64,000 nt of DNA from Callorhinchus milii (Eukaryota). The notes beneath the pieces were generated by a model that was given only the letters and a program-made list of their open reading frames with translations, was not told the origin of the DNA and did not search any database. The stretch spans positions 55,740,001 to 55,804,000 of the forward strand of contig NW_024704743.1 in assembly GCF_018977255.1 (NCBI RefSeq), read 5' to 3'. The position numbers and the translations under genes are program-made. This document shows, in pieces, positions 23,785 through 37,102 of the stretch. Within the stretch, counting starts at the first letter, position 1, and each line of letters begins with the position of its first letter.

Positions 23785-24255
23785 AGAGCTGAAGTGGCTC
23801 CAAGGTGACATGGCCAGCAGAGGAATGTTGTAATCAAGCCAGCCCTCTGTGACGGTCGGGGTAGACCAGTTCCTTAGCCAGGTGGGTCCGCAGTACTCCT
23901 GGGCACTGCTGATGACAGCACAGTCATGTGCTGACTGTGCAAGCCAAAGCCCCAACAGGTGGTCTTACCTGGACAAGCAGTGGGAAAGCTTGCCAGACAG
24001 TAATGTCAAAGGCAAACCATGCAGTTTTAGCTGGTTAGACTCCAGCAGTAGCCCAAACCATTCTCTGGGGACCCCAAGCCTTGGCTCTTGCCAACCTGCG
24101 CCTAATACTTTCCAGAATTTGGTAAGCAGGATGCGTCCTTCCAGGGAGAGAGAGTACGCATTCTTTTCCAACAATCTATCTCTGGAATTTTCATGTGTAG
24201 GTGGGATGCATTGAAATCTCAGTTTGGTTTGGATATTTTTAAGCATAGTGGTGTG
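23785..24255 (+). repeat. ~550 bp repeat family copy, cut off by an L2
   Basis: Same motifs as the 14494 copy. Confidence 0.8.
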
Positions 24256-25075
24256 GTAGGAAGGCAGAGAGGTGGGAGGCTGACCAAAGGCACGATCGAA
24301 GAGAAGAGACCGGCCTTGAAGAGGCAAGGGATGAAGTGAGGTGAAGCGACCGTGGGATGGAGTGTGGGAGCAGAGAGGCCGAAAGCCCGGCCACCGATAG
24401 TAGGGCGGGTCTGGCGGGAGACATTAGAGCAGACTGGAGCCTGCTGAAGGGAGGGAGCGGGCAGGTTGGTAGGAAGTCAGCAGGTCAGAGAGGTAGGAGG
24501 GGGCAAGGCCATGGATGGCCTTGACAGTGAGGACAAGGATCTTGAACTCGATCCTCTGGGGAATGGGGAGCCAGGGGAGTCGGGCGAGGGTGGGAGTGAT
24601 GGGGTCGCGAGCTGCAAAGTTTTGGATGATCTGCAGCTTGTGAAGGGAAGAGTTTGGAAGGCCAATGAGGAGAAGTTTCCGTAATCGAGCCTTGATGTGA
24701 CGAATGTGTGGGTGAGGGTTTCGGCAGCCTGAGGGGTGAGGCAGTGGCGGAGTCTGGCATTGTTGCAGAGGTGGTGGTAGGCATTGCCGGTCATGGCGCA
24801 GATGTGGGGGAGAAAGGACAGTTCAGGGTCAAACAAGACACCCATGTTCCTGACTGGCTTAGTGAGGTTGAGTGTGCAGCCGTGGAGGCTGATGCTGCAG
24901 TGCCCGAGGTGCGGAGGCGCTGGCGTGAGCCAATCAGGAGGGACTCGGTCTTGCTGACGTTGAGTTGGAGAAAGTTGTCCCTCGTCCCGGACTTGATGTC
25001 AGACAGGCAATCAGTCAGGACACCAGTAGTTCTGGAGTTGAGGGTGGAGGCAGAGAGATAGAGTCGGGGTCTGTA
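24255..25075 (-). mobile_element. L2 LINE ORF2 fragment (frameshifted)
   Basis: LQLNVSKTE, GVLFDPELSF and TFVTSRLDYGN motifs in the - strand ORFs. Confidence 0.92.
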
Positions 25076-25144
25076 CCTATGCTTGTTGAATGTCAAATGA
25101 CCAACCAGTTACTATCTTCCTGTGAGTTAAGTGAGGTCTTCTTG

Positions 25145-25955
25145 AGGCTGAGCTGGCTCCAACGGAACATTGGTATCAAATCAATCCTCTGTGACGATCT
25201 CAGTATCCAGTTCCTGAGTCAGGTGAGTTTGCAGTTTTCCAAAGTACTCCTGATGACAGACCAGCCAGCCTGGCTCACTGCTAAGACTTAAGAGCAGTAG
25301 ACAGCTCATTGAGGGCATGGATCCTTCCCATCATATATTGGATTATATTAACTGGAAATACACAGTTATAAGTAGGAACCAGGTTGTTAGTCGATTTGCG
25401 GATTGCTTTTTCAGAGGTAATAATTCCTTTAAAAAAAATTAATAAATTGGTCACTTAATCCATGACTGTTTGTGGGACACTGCTGTGCGCATTTGGCTGC
25501 TGCGTTTCGCCCACAAAACATACAGTTAATTCACTTTATAGTACATTCTGTGAAGTGCTTTGAGATGTCTTGAAGACATGATAAGGCGCTATATCAAATG
25601 CAAGGATTATTATTATTATTCTCATGTTAACCTTAGAAGCCATTGCCCTAATGAGTAGGGTGGTACCGTTTAAACATGGAGTCAGAAGTTTGCAGACAGT
25701 GTTTTCAATGGCAAGCTTTGCATTTTAGTTGTTTTTTTCTCAGGTTGCTAAGCCTTGGCTCTAGCCAGTACGGCTAATACTTTCTGAAAATAGATATGCG
25801 GTGTGCGTCCCTCCAGGGAGAGAGTTCGCATTCCATTTCAGACACAGGGAAATTCCCATGATAGGTAACTTACATATGTGGATCTCTCAGTCTGGCTTAA
25901 ATACTCTTAAGCATTGCTTCTACAGGTGTCAGACACTCGGCTGACCATAAAATAA
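25145..25955 (+). repeat. ~550 bp repeat copy split by a 5'-truncated SINE (about 25355-25620)
   Basis: 5' half at 25145-25300, 3' half at about 25660-25955. Confidence 0.7.
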
Positions 25956-26470
25956 TCTACATTGGATTTATTCAGGAAATAGCTGGACACTGTAATGGGA
26001 GAACAGTAGAGTGGGTGTTCTGGAAGGATAAGATCAAATAGGCTAAAGAGACTTCTTCATCTGAACCCTTCTTGTGATCTTGTGATAGATTCACCACTCT
26101 CATTGCAAAGTAATTCACTGACTGATTATCTGGCATGAGATGGGTTTATCATACATAATTTTTTTTAATAATTTGCTCTTTAAATGGATACACATTGATA
26201 GTTTTGTGAATGATTTAAAGGGAAGCATTAAATATGAAGCTGAACACAAATTTCAGTTGGTTTCACTGATAAGGCTGTGACTTGTAACAATCTTCGGCCA
26301 TGAGAGAATGGGCTTGTCTTTTAATTGTCAGTTCCATTGCAATCCATGTATTGGTAACCAAAGTGTTTCAAGGTCGGCGAGACTGTGATAAGATCACTTT
26401 CAATATCATTCTCTTACACTTTGCGTGTGTGTGGCATTGTGGACGCACAGAAAAGAGGATAAGGGTTTCT

Positions 26471-26683
26471 GATACAGTATGTGTGGGAGGAGAGACTTGG
26501 ATCCACAGTTAAAGCAGGACACAGGATTCAGATACTCAGCGTGTGGGAGGAGAGACTTGGATGCACAGTTAGCAGGATAGGGGATTAACATATACAGTGT
26601 GTGGGTGGAGAGACTTGGATGTACAGTTAGCAGGATAGGGGATTAGGATTTACAGTGTGTGGGAGGAGAGAGACTCGGATGCA
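26471..26683. repeat. Minisatellite, ~59-60 bp unit x ~3.6
   Basis: Repeated tacagtgtgtgggaggagagacttggatgcacagttagcaggataggggatt. Confidence 0.9.
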
Positions 26684-27139
26684 TATTGAGTGAAATTAGA
26701 CATCCAGACAGACATAGTTCAAGCAAGAAGGTAAAAGAAATGACATGTTTTGTCAGACATATACACTCTAGAAAACTCTAGAACCCCGAGGCAGGGAAGC
26801 CTTGGTCCCTTCACCAAAGTGGAGTGCGCAGAGGCAAGCCCCCTCCCCACCCCGTCCACCCCCCCCCTGCTCCCCCCCCGGTCCCCCCGCCGCAAAGGGC
26901 CAGATCTGTTGCGTCCTGTAATGGGATAATAACATGCTGCATCTTCTTTTCTGTAACGGGTTTGATATTGTCTGAGATAAGTGTAAATATATATCAACAA
27001 ATAAATATATATATTTTGTTTTAAAAGAAGTGTATACCAATACAATCTAGGCACACAATAACCGTAAATCAAATTTAGCCTGATGTAGAATCTAATTTAG
27101 TCTATAAACAGATTCAGGGACAACAATGTGGGAATAAGT

Positions 27140-27935
27140 GAAGTGAATAATCAATTTTATGTTGGTGATTGTTGGACAGGTCACTGGGAGAAACTCCCTT
27201 CTCTTTTGAATCGTGCCTTGGAATCTTTAATATCCTACTGGAAAGGCAGGGGGCACCTTGATTTAATGTCTCATAGGAAGGATAGCACTTCCAACGTAGC
27301 AGGATATACCAGTACTGTAACAGAGTGTCAGCCTCGACTGTATAGAGTTCAAAGTTCTAAACTGGGGCTTAAAACCACAACTTTCTGATTCAACAACAAC
27401 AACAACAAGATTCCATTTATAAAGCGCCTTTCACGTCAGGAGGACATCCCAAGGCGCTGCACAGTTGGGTCATGACCCGAGCATTGGGGAAATGGTCAGG
27501 GTGAGGGGAGGGAAGGGAGGGAGCGAGGAGGGGGAAGAGAGTCGAGAGGGGAGCTGAAGGCTCGGTCAAAGAGAAAGGTTTGAGACCGGCCTTGAAGGAG
27601 GAGAGGGAGGAGGCGGCGAAGGCACTGGGGGATAGAGTTCCAGAGCCTGGGGGCTGAGAGGCTGAAGGCCCGGCCACCGATGGTAGGGCGATTGGGGCGG
27701 GGGACGTGGAGCAGACCGGAGCCGGAGGAACGGAGGGTACGGGCAGGTAGGTAGGGGGATAGTAGGTCGGAGAGGTAGGAGGGAGCAAGGCCGTGAATGG
27801 CCTTGTAGGTGAGGATGAGGATCTTGAAATCAATCCTCTGGGGGATGGGGAGCCAGTGGAGGCGAGCGAGGGTGGGTGTGATGTGGTCGACTCACCTGAT
27901 TCAGAGGTGAGAGTGCTACCAACTGAGACAGACTG
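27140..27935 (-). mobile_element. Deu-domain SINE interrupted by an L2
   Basis: SINE body at 27140-27391; head continues at 27896-27935. Confidence 0.8.
27392..27895 (-). mobile_element. Young L2 3' fragment with target-site duplication
   Basis: CpG-rich, (TTG)n tail, flanked by CTGATTC at 27385-27391 and 27896-27902. Confidence 0.92.
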
Positions 27936-28504
27936 AAACACAAATAGGGAAGCACATTAACCAGTGCTATGTTCAATATAAATAAAATACATTTTGCAAG
28001 GGATTAAGGCCTCATCAATGTCCCTCCATTTACATTTCCAGTTGTGTTGAGTTGTGTACCAATGTGTCTCACTGGGTGTAGTTCCTGTCTAATAGATGAA
28101 TACTCAAATACATAAGTTACACAGAGAGAATGGAATCTGTGCTTATAACAACAGGCTTATAGTGTGTGTCAAAATAGTTTACTGTATTAATTGCTATATG
28201 TGATTCAATAATTTTACTCGCTAATGCTGTTGGAGTCCCATAAACAGATTATCACCTACTGTTTTGGTACACAGGGAACAAAACAGTGGGGAAAGTATTG
28301 TGGTAAAAATCACAATATATCATAATGGATCTGAAACATCGTAAATTTCTATCTGTTCCTACAGACTGGTCCTTGGATTGAAGTGTTCCCCCCAACCCCC
28401 TACGACATGGACACAGTAGTTAGTTGGCACCGCAATTGTTGTGGTCAATTGTGAAGCATGGCATTTTAGTATCCCTCATGGGTATTTGCTTAGTTCAATT
28501 GGTA

Positions 28505-29078
28505 AAAATAATCCTTGAATTTCATGTACCACCTTATCAATAACAACAGCAACTTGCACTTATATAGCGCCCTCCACACAGGGTAATGCTTCAGAGCGCT
28601 TAACAATGGCGGAGCCTGACTCCGAGTCAGTGTGGGGGTTGGAGAGGTGGCTGTAAGCACGGTCGAAGCACAGTCTTATCACTGTTAAGACATCTCAAGA
28701 TACTTCACGGAATAATTTAAAGTTGTGTGATTATTTTTTTTGTGTGGGTAAACATAGCATCCAATTTGTATACACTAATGTTCCACAAACAACCAGGGAA
28801 TGAGTGATCAATTTTATTTGGGGGATTGTTGACCAGGAGAAACTCCCTTCTCTTTTCAAATAGTGCCATGGGATCTTTAATGTCCACTTAACAGGCAGAC
28901 AGGATCTTGTTTTTTCATTTCATCCGAAGGACAGAACCTCAGCACATCACAACATATCCTCAAGACTGCATTGGAGTGTCATCTTTGACTATATATGGGT
29001 TCTAAGTTCTGACGCGGGACGCGAATGCACAACCTTCTGTCTCAGATGTAATCACGCTACCAAATGAGCCAGCCTGCC
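28505..29078 (-). mobile_element. Deu-domain SINE with a nested short L2 tail (about 28540-28670)
   Basis: Full Deu motifs in reverse; CTTATCA on both sides of the insert. Confidence 0.8.
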
Positions 29079-29499
29079 ACATGATATCCTTTGAAGCATC
29101 ATGCATGCTGGCTGGGAAGTGAGGAAGAACAATCAGGAAACAAAGAGGGGACCCATGAAGGTGTTGAAACTGGTTTCAGGGTAAAACAATGTGCCAAAAT
29201 CAAGGGAGCAAATTCACTCCAGTGACCATATGTTATGAAACATTGAGGTTTTAAGCCCATTTTCTGCAATATTGCAATGGAATATAACAAGTTATCTTGA
29301 TACTGTACTTTTTATTGTGGTTGTTCTTCAGTTATCAAATATTCTTGTTTTGTGGTATATTAGTAAGTTGTGGGTTCCTGAGTCTGGGCTGATATTCCGG
29401 TGGAGATGCTAAATTGGGGACCCAACTTCCTGTTTTCAGACAGATGTTGGTGATTTCTGATGCTATTCAAAAAAGAGAATTAAGTTTCTCCTGGTGCCT

Positions 29500-29680
29500 T
29501 GCAATACTCCAGGTTAATGGTCCCCGCGGAATCCGCTACAAACCCGCTATAAATATAATTTCTGGCCCGCGGGCCGCTCGCTGGTTACATGACGTCACTG
29601 TAGACGGAGCCGCTCCTGATGTGCAAGCGGCAAATGGGCTTCACTCGGAGGATCCGCTGATAGGATTGTGATCCTGCGTC
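29500..29680. promoter_or_regulatory. CpG-rich promoter-like island with full CRE
   Basis: Dense CpG in a CpG-poor window; TGACGTCA at 29590-29597; TATAAA at about 29548; ETS-like ACTTCCTGT at about 29425. Confidence 0.55.
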
Positions 29681-29689
29681 TGTGATTGT

Positions 29690-29955
29690 GGTTGTGTGTG
29701 TGTGAGTGTCTGTGTCTCCCTCCACATGTTTGTGAGTTTCTGTGTCTGTGTGTCTCCTCTGTATGGATGTCTGTGAGTGTGTGTGTGTCTTCTCTATGTA
29801 TATGTGTTTGTGAGTGTGTGTGAATGTGTATGTGTGTATTTATCTCTGTGTCTATGAGTGTGTGTGTGGTGTCTCTCTCTCTCTCTCTGTGAAAATGTGT
29901 GTCTCTCTATGCCTGTGAATGCGTGTCGCTCTCTCTGGGACTCTATGTGTGTCTC
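29690..29955. repeat. Degenerate (TG)/(TC) microsatellite
   Basis: Visible directly. Confidence 0.9.
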
Positions 29956-32729
29956 TCAAAAAGGCCACCCAGTTTATTTTAAAGAAGTAATTCATATTTT
30001 TTTTGCAACAATCTAATATGTGTTATTTCTTTATGGTTAGTTTTCATCGATAAAGTGAAAAAGTGTAGGGTGGCAGTAAAATATACCTCAAAGCACCACT
30101 CAACTCCCCGCAATTTTCTGCAAAATTTGTTCAAGATTCCCCCGCAATTTCTCAAATCTCAAATCATGGGGAGAGGGGACAATGTTATAACAGGTCTCAT
30201 TGTGAGGAGTAATAATCCTTGTATTTGATATAGCACATTATCATGCCGTTGAGATGACTCAAAGCCCTGCACAGGATTTATTGTAAAGTATAGTGACTGT
30301 GGGTTTGTAGGGGAATGCGGCAGCCAATTTGTGCACAGCAAATGTCCCACAAATAGTCATGAAGTGAATATCCAATTTTGGGAGAAATTCATGGATCTAT
30401 GGATCTCTAATGTCCACTCCATTCTCTTTATGAGTAGGGCCAACCGAACAGGCAGATGGGATCTTTGTTTAATGTTCTCATCCAAAGCACGGCACCTCTG
30501 ACAATACTACTCCTCTCCAGTGCTATGCTGAGGGTCAGCCTAGACTGTGAGGTCAAACTCTTGTCAGAAATATCTGGGATATTTCAGTAGTTTAGCAATG
30601 GCTGCTTTCTCAGTGAAACTCCTAGAGTGACAATTCTTACCAGAGGTTGAAAATGTGTATAATCTTTTCCCTTTGGATTGTGCTCAATAATGTTTTCTCT
30701 AGTGACTCAAAGGGAGGATTGCATATGCATCTCATTTAGATTATTTACTGCTGCTAATAAACTGGATGTAAATTGGTGAACCAACTACACACATGGCTGA
30801 TGTATTCCAACAATAGTAATAGTGTGAATTAAGCACCTTAACCAACCCACTATTTAACTTGCTACTATTTTATTCTGAGAACAACATATTTTCTGCAATT
30901 CTGTCAGATAGAAATCAAATTCAATACCTTGATAACAATAACCCCTTCATTTGACAAGATGACTATTATGTTGAAGCATCGCAGGCAAAGCATTTCACAA
31001 GTAATTGCCAACAGGTGCAGTGACTGTGTATTAATGGTGACCACGCAGAGGAGGCTCTCCCAGCCTAGTCTATGAGATCAAAGTCATGGATCATAGGGCT
31101 CGAACCCACAACTTTCTGATCCAGAAGTGAGAATACTACCAACTGAGAGAAGCTGATACCATAATGTGACGTGCGGAGAACTACTGTATCACTGTCACTC
31201 ACACTAATGGTCACATGTAGAGAGGATAAGTTCATAGACCATCTGCTCTTATGAAGATCTTATAATCATTCAGTATTCTCATGGACAATTTTCATTTTAA
31301 AATATTCTTAGGAGCTCAGCAAACAAACCTGGAAAACAAACCTGATTTTCTCTATAAAAGGTTTGCTTGTGGTAGAGCTTAAGTGTGTTTAATATTAGCT
31401 GGGTCTTTTTTTAAGCTGATGTAAGAGTGATTTGTTTTGCATGCCACATTAATCCTTTCCACATTTTCTGGAACCAGACAGTTACAATTCCACTTGTGAG
31501 GCTTTTTTTTAATAATCTAATCTCAGAAGCTAAACAGCAGGGACCCAAGCTTGACAAGTTCCCTCTAGGGCAGCCAGCAGAGTGGACTCTCGTGACAAGG
31601 TCCAGCTTTTAAACACGGTGTCTGTGGCCAATATTCGTGGTGGGCTGGCCTCACAGCTGGTAGCAGGTCCAATTATCCTTTGTAATTTTTTTCCAATTAA
31701 GTCATGCAAAGAGTTGGTGTGCATAAATACTGAACAGAGCATACTGTCGATCAAGTGTATTAAGCATAGGAACAATATGCTTCCCAGTGGAAAGCAGGAA
31801 AATAGAATTTCCAATAAAAAATATTCTATTAATGAATGAATGAATGAATGAATAGGATGTAATACAAGGTAACGGAAGTCTAGTGCGGAGATATCAGTGT
31901 AAGTACAATATTGCCTGGTGACACCATTAACAGTGAAGCAGAGTTAAGGAATGGGTAATATGTTTCCTCAGCTTTCTTTTCTCCCAAATATTGGACAATT
32001 TTCCTATTTTCTTTGTAAGAGCCAAAAAAAGAACTGCAGGATTTTTAGCAAGAATAAACATGCATTTAAGTTAAAAAAAAAAGACATGATTTAGGGATGT
32101 TGCCTAGGGCTGTTCACATTTGACATCAGCTCCCACCATCACTGGTATACGTTGTTAAAATGATTTGTGGCACTGGGTTTGCTACACGCATTTTTTTTTG
32201 GCTTTCTTACTGGAAAGAGTACAAAGGTAGCTGACGGGATGGTGATGGTGTGACCAGAGGTAGCATTCTGCGGCTAGCTGCCACATGTGTTTGAATCAGA
32301 TCATTCAACATAGCTGAGATTTCCCTACACACCAACAAAGTACAATTAAAGAGAGAAGAATGGGGAGAGGAGGAAAAAGCAAAGAAAAAAGATAAATAAC
32401 TCTGAAGAATTACAAAGTGCAGGTGATTTTTATAGACATTCCAACACCTCCAGGAAACTTGAACTCTCACCAAAGGGTCTGACATTCATTTACAGCTACC
32501 TCAGTACTGGAGAGCGTGTGCACTCACACACATGCATGCAGCTGCTGCAATGGAAAAAAAACACCCTGACCTTGAAGTACTCCAGCTCCCAGAGCTGAAC
32601 ACATTCTCTCTCCACCCACACCCCCCCCCACCACCCGCCCCAGCCCGCCCGCAGTGGAAATTCTTTTATAAACCACTTTAAGTACTAGGATTCGGCAATT
32701 TTTCATCCAGGTTAGGTATTTTGCTTTTT

Positions 32730-33272
32730 GGAGCTGAACTGGCTACAAGGTGACATGTTTGGCAATGTAATGCTGGATTCGCGCCAGCCCTCTGTGACGG
32801 TCTCAGTAGTCCGGTTGCTGAGCCAGGCGGGTCTGCAGTATTCCAGGATACTGTTGATGACAGCAAAGCCAGCCTGACTCATCTGCAATGCTTGGAAGAG
32901 CAGTCACTGTGGGCAGGGAATCCTCCCACTCAGCTCCTGTTAACCCCGCAAGCTAAAACCCTAATGGGTAGGATGGTCCTTGCTGGAAAGCTTGTCAGAC
33001 AGTGCCATCAATGGAAAGCTGGCTTTAGCTGGTTAGACTCCAGCAATACCCCAACACACATTCTGGGGTCCACAAGCCTTGGCTCTTGCTGACCTGCACC
33101 TAATACTTTCCGGTAAGCAGGATGGGTCCCTCCAGGGAGAGAGTTCACATTCCATTCCAACAATTTATCTCTGGAATTTCCATATGAGGTAAAGGCATGG
33201 AATTCTCGGTTTGGATACTCATAAGTATGACGATGGATTTCCGCATGTGTCAGACAACTAGCTATCCCCTAA
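32730..33272 (+). repeat. ~550 bp repeat family, near full copy
   Basis: Same motifs as the 14494 copy. Confidence 0.85.
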
Positions 33273-36169
33273 AATTAATAATCATTTTGCTTTTTGTTCC
33301 GTTGTTGTGCCATTCATTTGTGCTGTTACCTGTCTTCACGGTGTTGGTTTCTGGTGAGATTTCCTTCAATTGAGTTCTGGGGCGAGTCAGTGCCTCTCAC
33401 TTGGAGGTCAATTCTGGTCTGAACGATTCACAAAATTCAGTTAAACATCATCTGTTAGTCAAAAGAACTCGAGACAGATGAGAACTTCCAGTGAGAAGTG
33501 AAAAAGAAACTGAGCCAAGTTTGGTCAAAGGTAAGAAATTGCTTGATTAAGACCCATGAGCATAGGTAGAGGCCGTGCTGGTAAGAGTTTAACAGCTGCC
33601 CTGCTCAAAATAGCATTCAGTATACACTGTAAAGGTTAAACATGCACCTCAGGCCCTGGCTTGGGAGATGGATATAATAATTCTTTCATTTGATATGCCG
33701 CCTTATCACATTGTCGAAATGTCCCGAAGAGTTTCACAGGATTTACTGCAGTGTCTGTGTATTTTGTTGGTGAACTTCCCATTGCCTTTCCACTATTCAC
33801 CCCCAAGAGAACATTTGCCGTTCACCAAATGATGTATTTGCTGTGTTAGCTGACGTTTACAACACAGGATTTGTATTTTTATCTTAGTTACCGTTGAAGC
33901 AACATCCTGCGCACTGCACTTGGCATTGTCAGGTTCTGTGTTAAAATCCCGATGGGTTCTTTACTCTTTGGAGGTTGATAAAAACAGGTGTAAAAATGAC
34001 ATTCTTTACAAAGTAATGCCTGTAATGATCCGAGGTGAAGACATGTGACAAAAGTTTATACTCATTTGTGTGCCTTGGAGTGCCATTACCTAGTGAACAA
34101 TTAATTGAATGGTAATATTCTGTACACATTTCGCTCTGACGTAATCTTCATGTATAGAAACACTGTGAGTCGAAAACTAGAGGGCATAAATAAAAGAAAT
34201 ATACATCTTCACCCGCAGTTGTAAGATGTGGTTCAAGCAAATAACGTGGATGTATTTCAAAGAAATGTTGACGCATACATGAGGGAGAAGGGAATAGAGG
34301 GGTATAGAAGAGGGGAATAGAGTGGTATTGGGAGGGAAATAGGGAGAGGGGAATAGAGGAGAATAGCGGGAGGAAAATAGAGGGGTAAAGGGGGAGGGAA
34401 ATGGAAGAGGTGGTGGCACATGTGGAATATAAACACTGGCAGGGACCATGTGGACGGAATGCGCCTGGTTCCCTCTGTGTAAATCTTTCAGCTAATGCTA
34501 CAGGATGTTAAAGAAGATAAATACAGTTAACTTTAGCCAGTCTAACTTTCCTGCATTATCAGGGTCAGAGCTCACAAAACACAGGAACAAAATTATTAAA
34601 ATCAGGCAAACTTCTTTGGACCACTGTAAAACCATCCTGCATTTGATTTTCGCATCCCTGTGTGCTATGGGACTCACCCCCAAAACCTAGCATTTTGATT
34701 CTGAAAGTATACTTTTAAAGTTAGAGAAAAAGCCAGACAGACTCTCCCTCCACATTTTAATGAATGAAAAGAACTGAGCGTCAGATTGGCTCTTCTCTGC
34801 TGTTGAACAAAAATTGCACTGGCAGCGAGAGACCAGTGAGCAGCGCTCTGTGTCTGTGTTTACTGCCATGTGCTAAACTCTTGTTTCCTCAGCATAACAA
34901 GATGGGCAGATTGTGAAAACGTGCCTCCCCACTTGAATCGCTACAGAAATATATCATGCACTACACACAACAGTAACAGTAAAACGTGGCATTAATGTCC
35001 TGCCACATCTTCTGTATGCATTTGGCAAATATTAACTAGATAACCTTCCCCCAATTGGTAGAATCATCGTTCAATGAGCTGGAAGTTGGTGGCAATGTCA
35101 TACTGAACTATGCACCAGGAAGTTCATAGCGAGGTTCCTCATACCCGCCATCCACCGAGTGAGGGCTCCAACCTTGGCTCTTGCCAAGGTGCTCCTAATA
35201 TGCTCCAAAATTAGGTAAGAAGTGTGTATCCCTCCAGGGAGAGAGTCTGCATTCCATTCCAGACACAGGGAAATTGCCAGGTTTAAATGGCATACATATG
35301 TGGAACTCTCAATCCGGTCTGGAAACTCTTAAGCATGGTGATGGGGTTCTACATGTGTCAGGCAAAACAAAAGAAGCTGGGAGAGTGTAAAGAGTGATTT
35401 GCCAATCATTTACAATATTAACAAAAGCTCTAATTTGATTTATGAAGGTGCCAATGTTCGGAAGTAAAGAGTGAAACAGCTGGCTATGTAGAGATCCTTT
35501 TTCTATCCTTGGCTTCTTTCAGAACTTCTTCCAATTGTTCCTCCCAAAATCTTTTGGAAATATTACACATTGTTCCCAAATATTAAACATTATTCCACAA
35601 ATATAACAAAATTAATTGACATAACCATAGAATTCTATGCAGAAAGTCGTTGTATTATCAAATAATTAGTACAGTACCTCTACGCCTACACGTTCGTTTA
35701 TGTTCCTCTAACCTTTCGTCCTGTGTGACCTTTTCCTTGTATCAGACTGCTTCTTGGTCACTTGTCTTGGTTTTCAATTTAATCAAACTAAGACTCACTG
35801 GCCTTTATTAAGTAATCAAATAATCAAGTTTCTGATAGAAATCATTGTAATATTGTGCTTGATGCATTATTAAAAGAGCTAACTGGACAGGTATTTAGAT
35901 ATAAGCTTGTCAGTCATCTTTCATCCCCTAAAATCTGCCAATATCTTCCTTCTTATCGGGTATAGCAAAGTCTCTCATTAATAATAATCCTTGCATTTGA
36001 TACAGTGCCTTCATGTTGAGAGGATGTTTCAAAGTGCTTCCCAGGATTTTTATTGTGAAGTGTAGTTTTGTAGGCAACACGCAGCCAATTTGCACACAAT
36101 ATTCCACAAAAAAACTTATGATGTCAGGAATTTCAGTTCTGAGAGGTCTCTACTTATGTCCATTTATAT

Positions 36170-36560
36170 AGGTAATGTAGTGGTTAGTGTGCTCGCCTTG
36201 CAAGGGAGAGGACCCAGATTTGATTCCTGAGTGAGGTGAAACCTCAGGCAAGGAAACTTGAAACCTTAGCCAAGTTTCCTTACTCCGTGCACCTGTGTTT
36301 ACTTAACAGTAAGTAGGAACCCGGTTGTTAGTTGGTTGGCGGATCACTTTTCGTGGTTGATAATCCCTTCTAAAATAATAATAATAATTTGGTCACTTTT
36401 TCCACAACTGTTTGTGGGACACAGCTGTGCCAATTGGCTGCTGCGTTTCATCCACAACATTCTGCACTTTACAATATATTCTGTGAAGCACCTTGAGACA
36501 TCTCAATGACGTGATAAGGGGCTATATTAAATGCAAGGATAATTATTATTATTATTATTT
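36170..36560 (+). mobile_element. tRNA-headed SINE, long subfamily
   Basis: Head, middle block and tail; short internal duplication near 36238-36275. Confidence 0.85.
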
Positions 36561-36624
36561 GGCATCCCTATTGTCAGTTAGTTTTGTCTGCAACATGCAA
36601 AATCACTATACTTTGTAGTCACCT

Positions 36625-37037
36625 CAACAACAACAAGATTACATTTGTATAGCGCCTTTCACATCGGGAGGAGGTCCCAAGGTACTGGACAGTGTACAGC
36701 ATTTCAAGGCTTGTCTACGGAAACTCCCTCATTTGTCAGCCCCCCCAACTCTTCCCTCCACAAGTTGCAGATCATCCAGATCTCTGCAGCTTGTGTCCTC
36801 TCCTGGACCAGGTTCCGTGACCTCATCACCCACACCCTCGCCCGGCTGTACTGGCTCCCCATCCCTCAGAGGATAGAATTCAAAATCCTCGTCCTCACTT
36901 TCAAGGCCCTCCATGGCCTTGCCCTCTCCTACATCTCTGACCTGCTGTACCCCTATCATCCCCTCCCACATCCCAACCTTGGGACATCCTCCTGACATGA
37001 AAGACGCTTTACAAATGTAATTTTGTTGCTGTTGTTG
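36625..37037. mobile_element. Composite of two oppositely oriented L2 3' pieces
   Basis: Tail on - strand (36625-36705) fused to a + strand ORF2 fragment (LYWLPIPQRIEFKIL) with its own tail. Confidence 0.8.
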
Positions 37038-37102
37038 TAGTATATCCAGCAAAGCGATTTGAGACATCATGATCTGCATGAAATGCAAGTCATTTTAGTT
37101 TA

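Noticed and set aside
26471..26683. CRISPR-like repeat array
   Set aside because: Whole units repeat with no unique spacers; eukaryotic minisatellite
27417..27941. 174 aa Pro/Ser-rich ORF
   Set aside because: Alternative frame of the GC-rich L2 fragment
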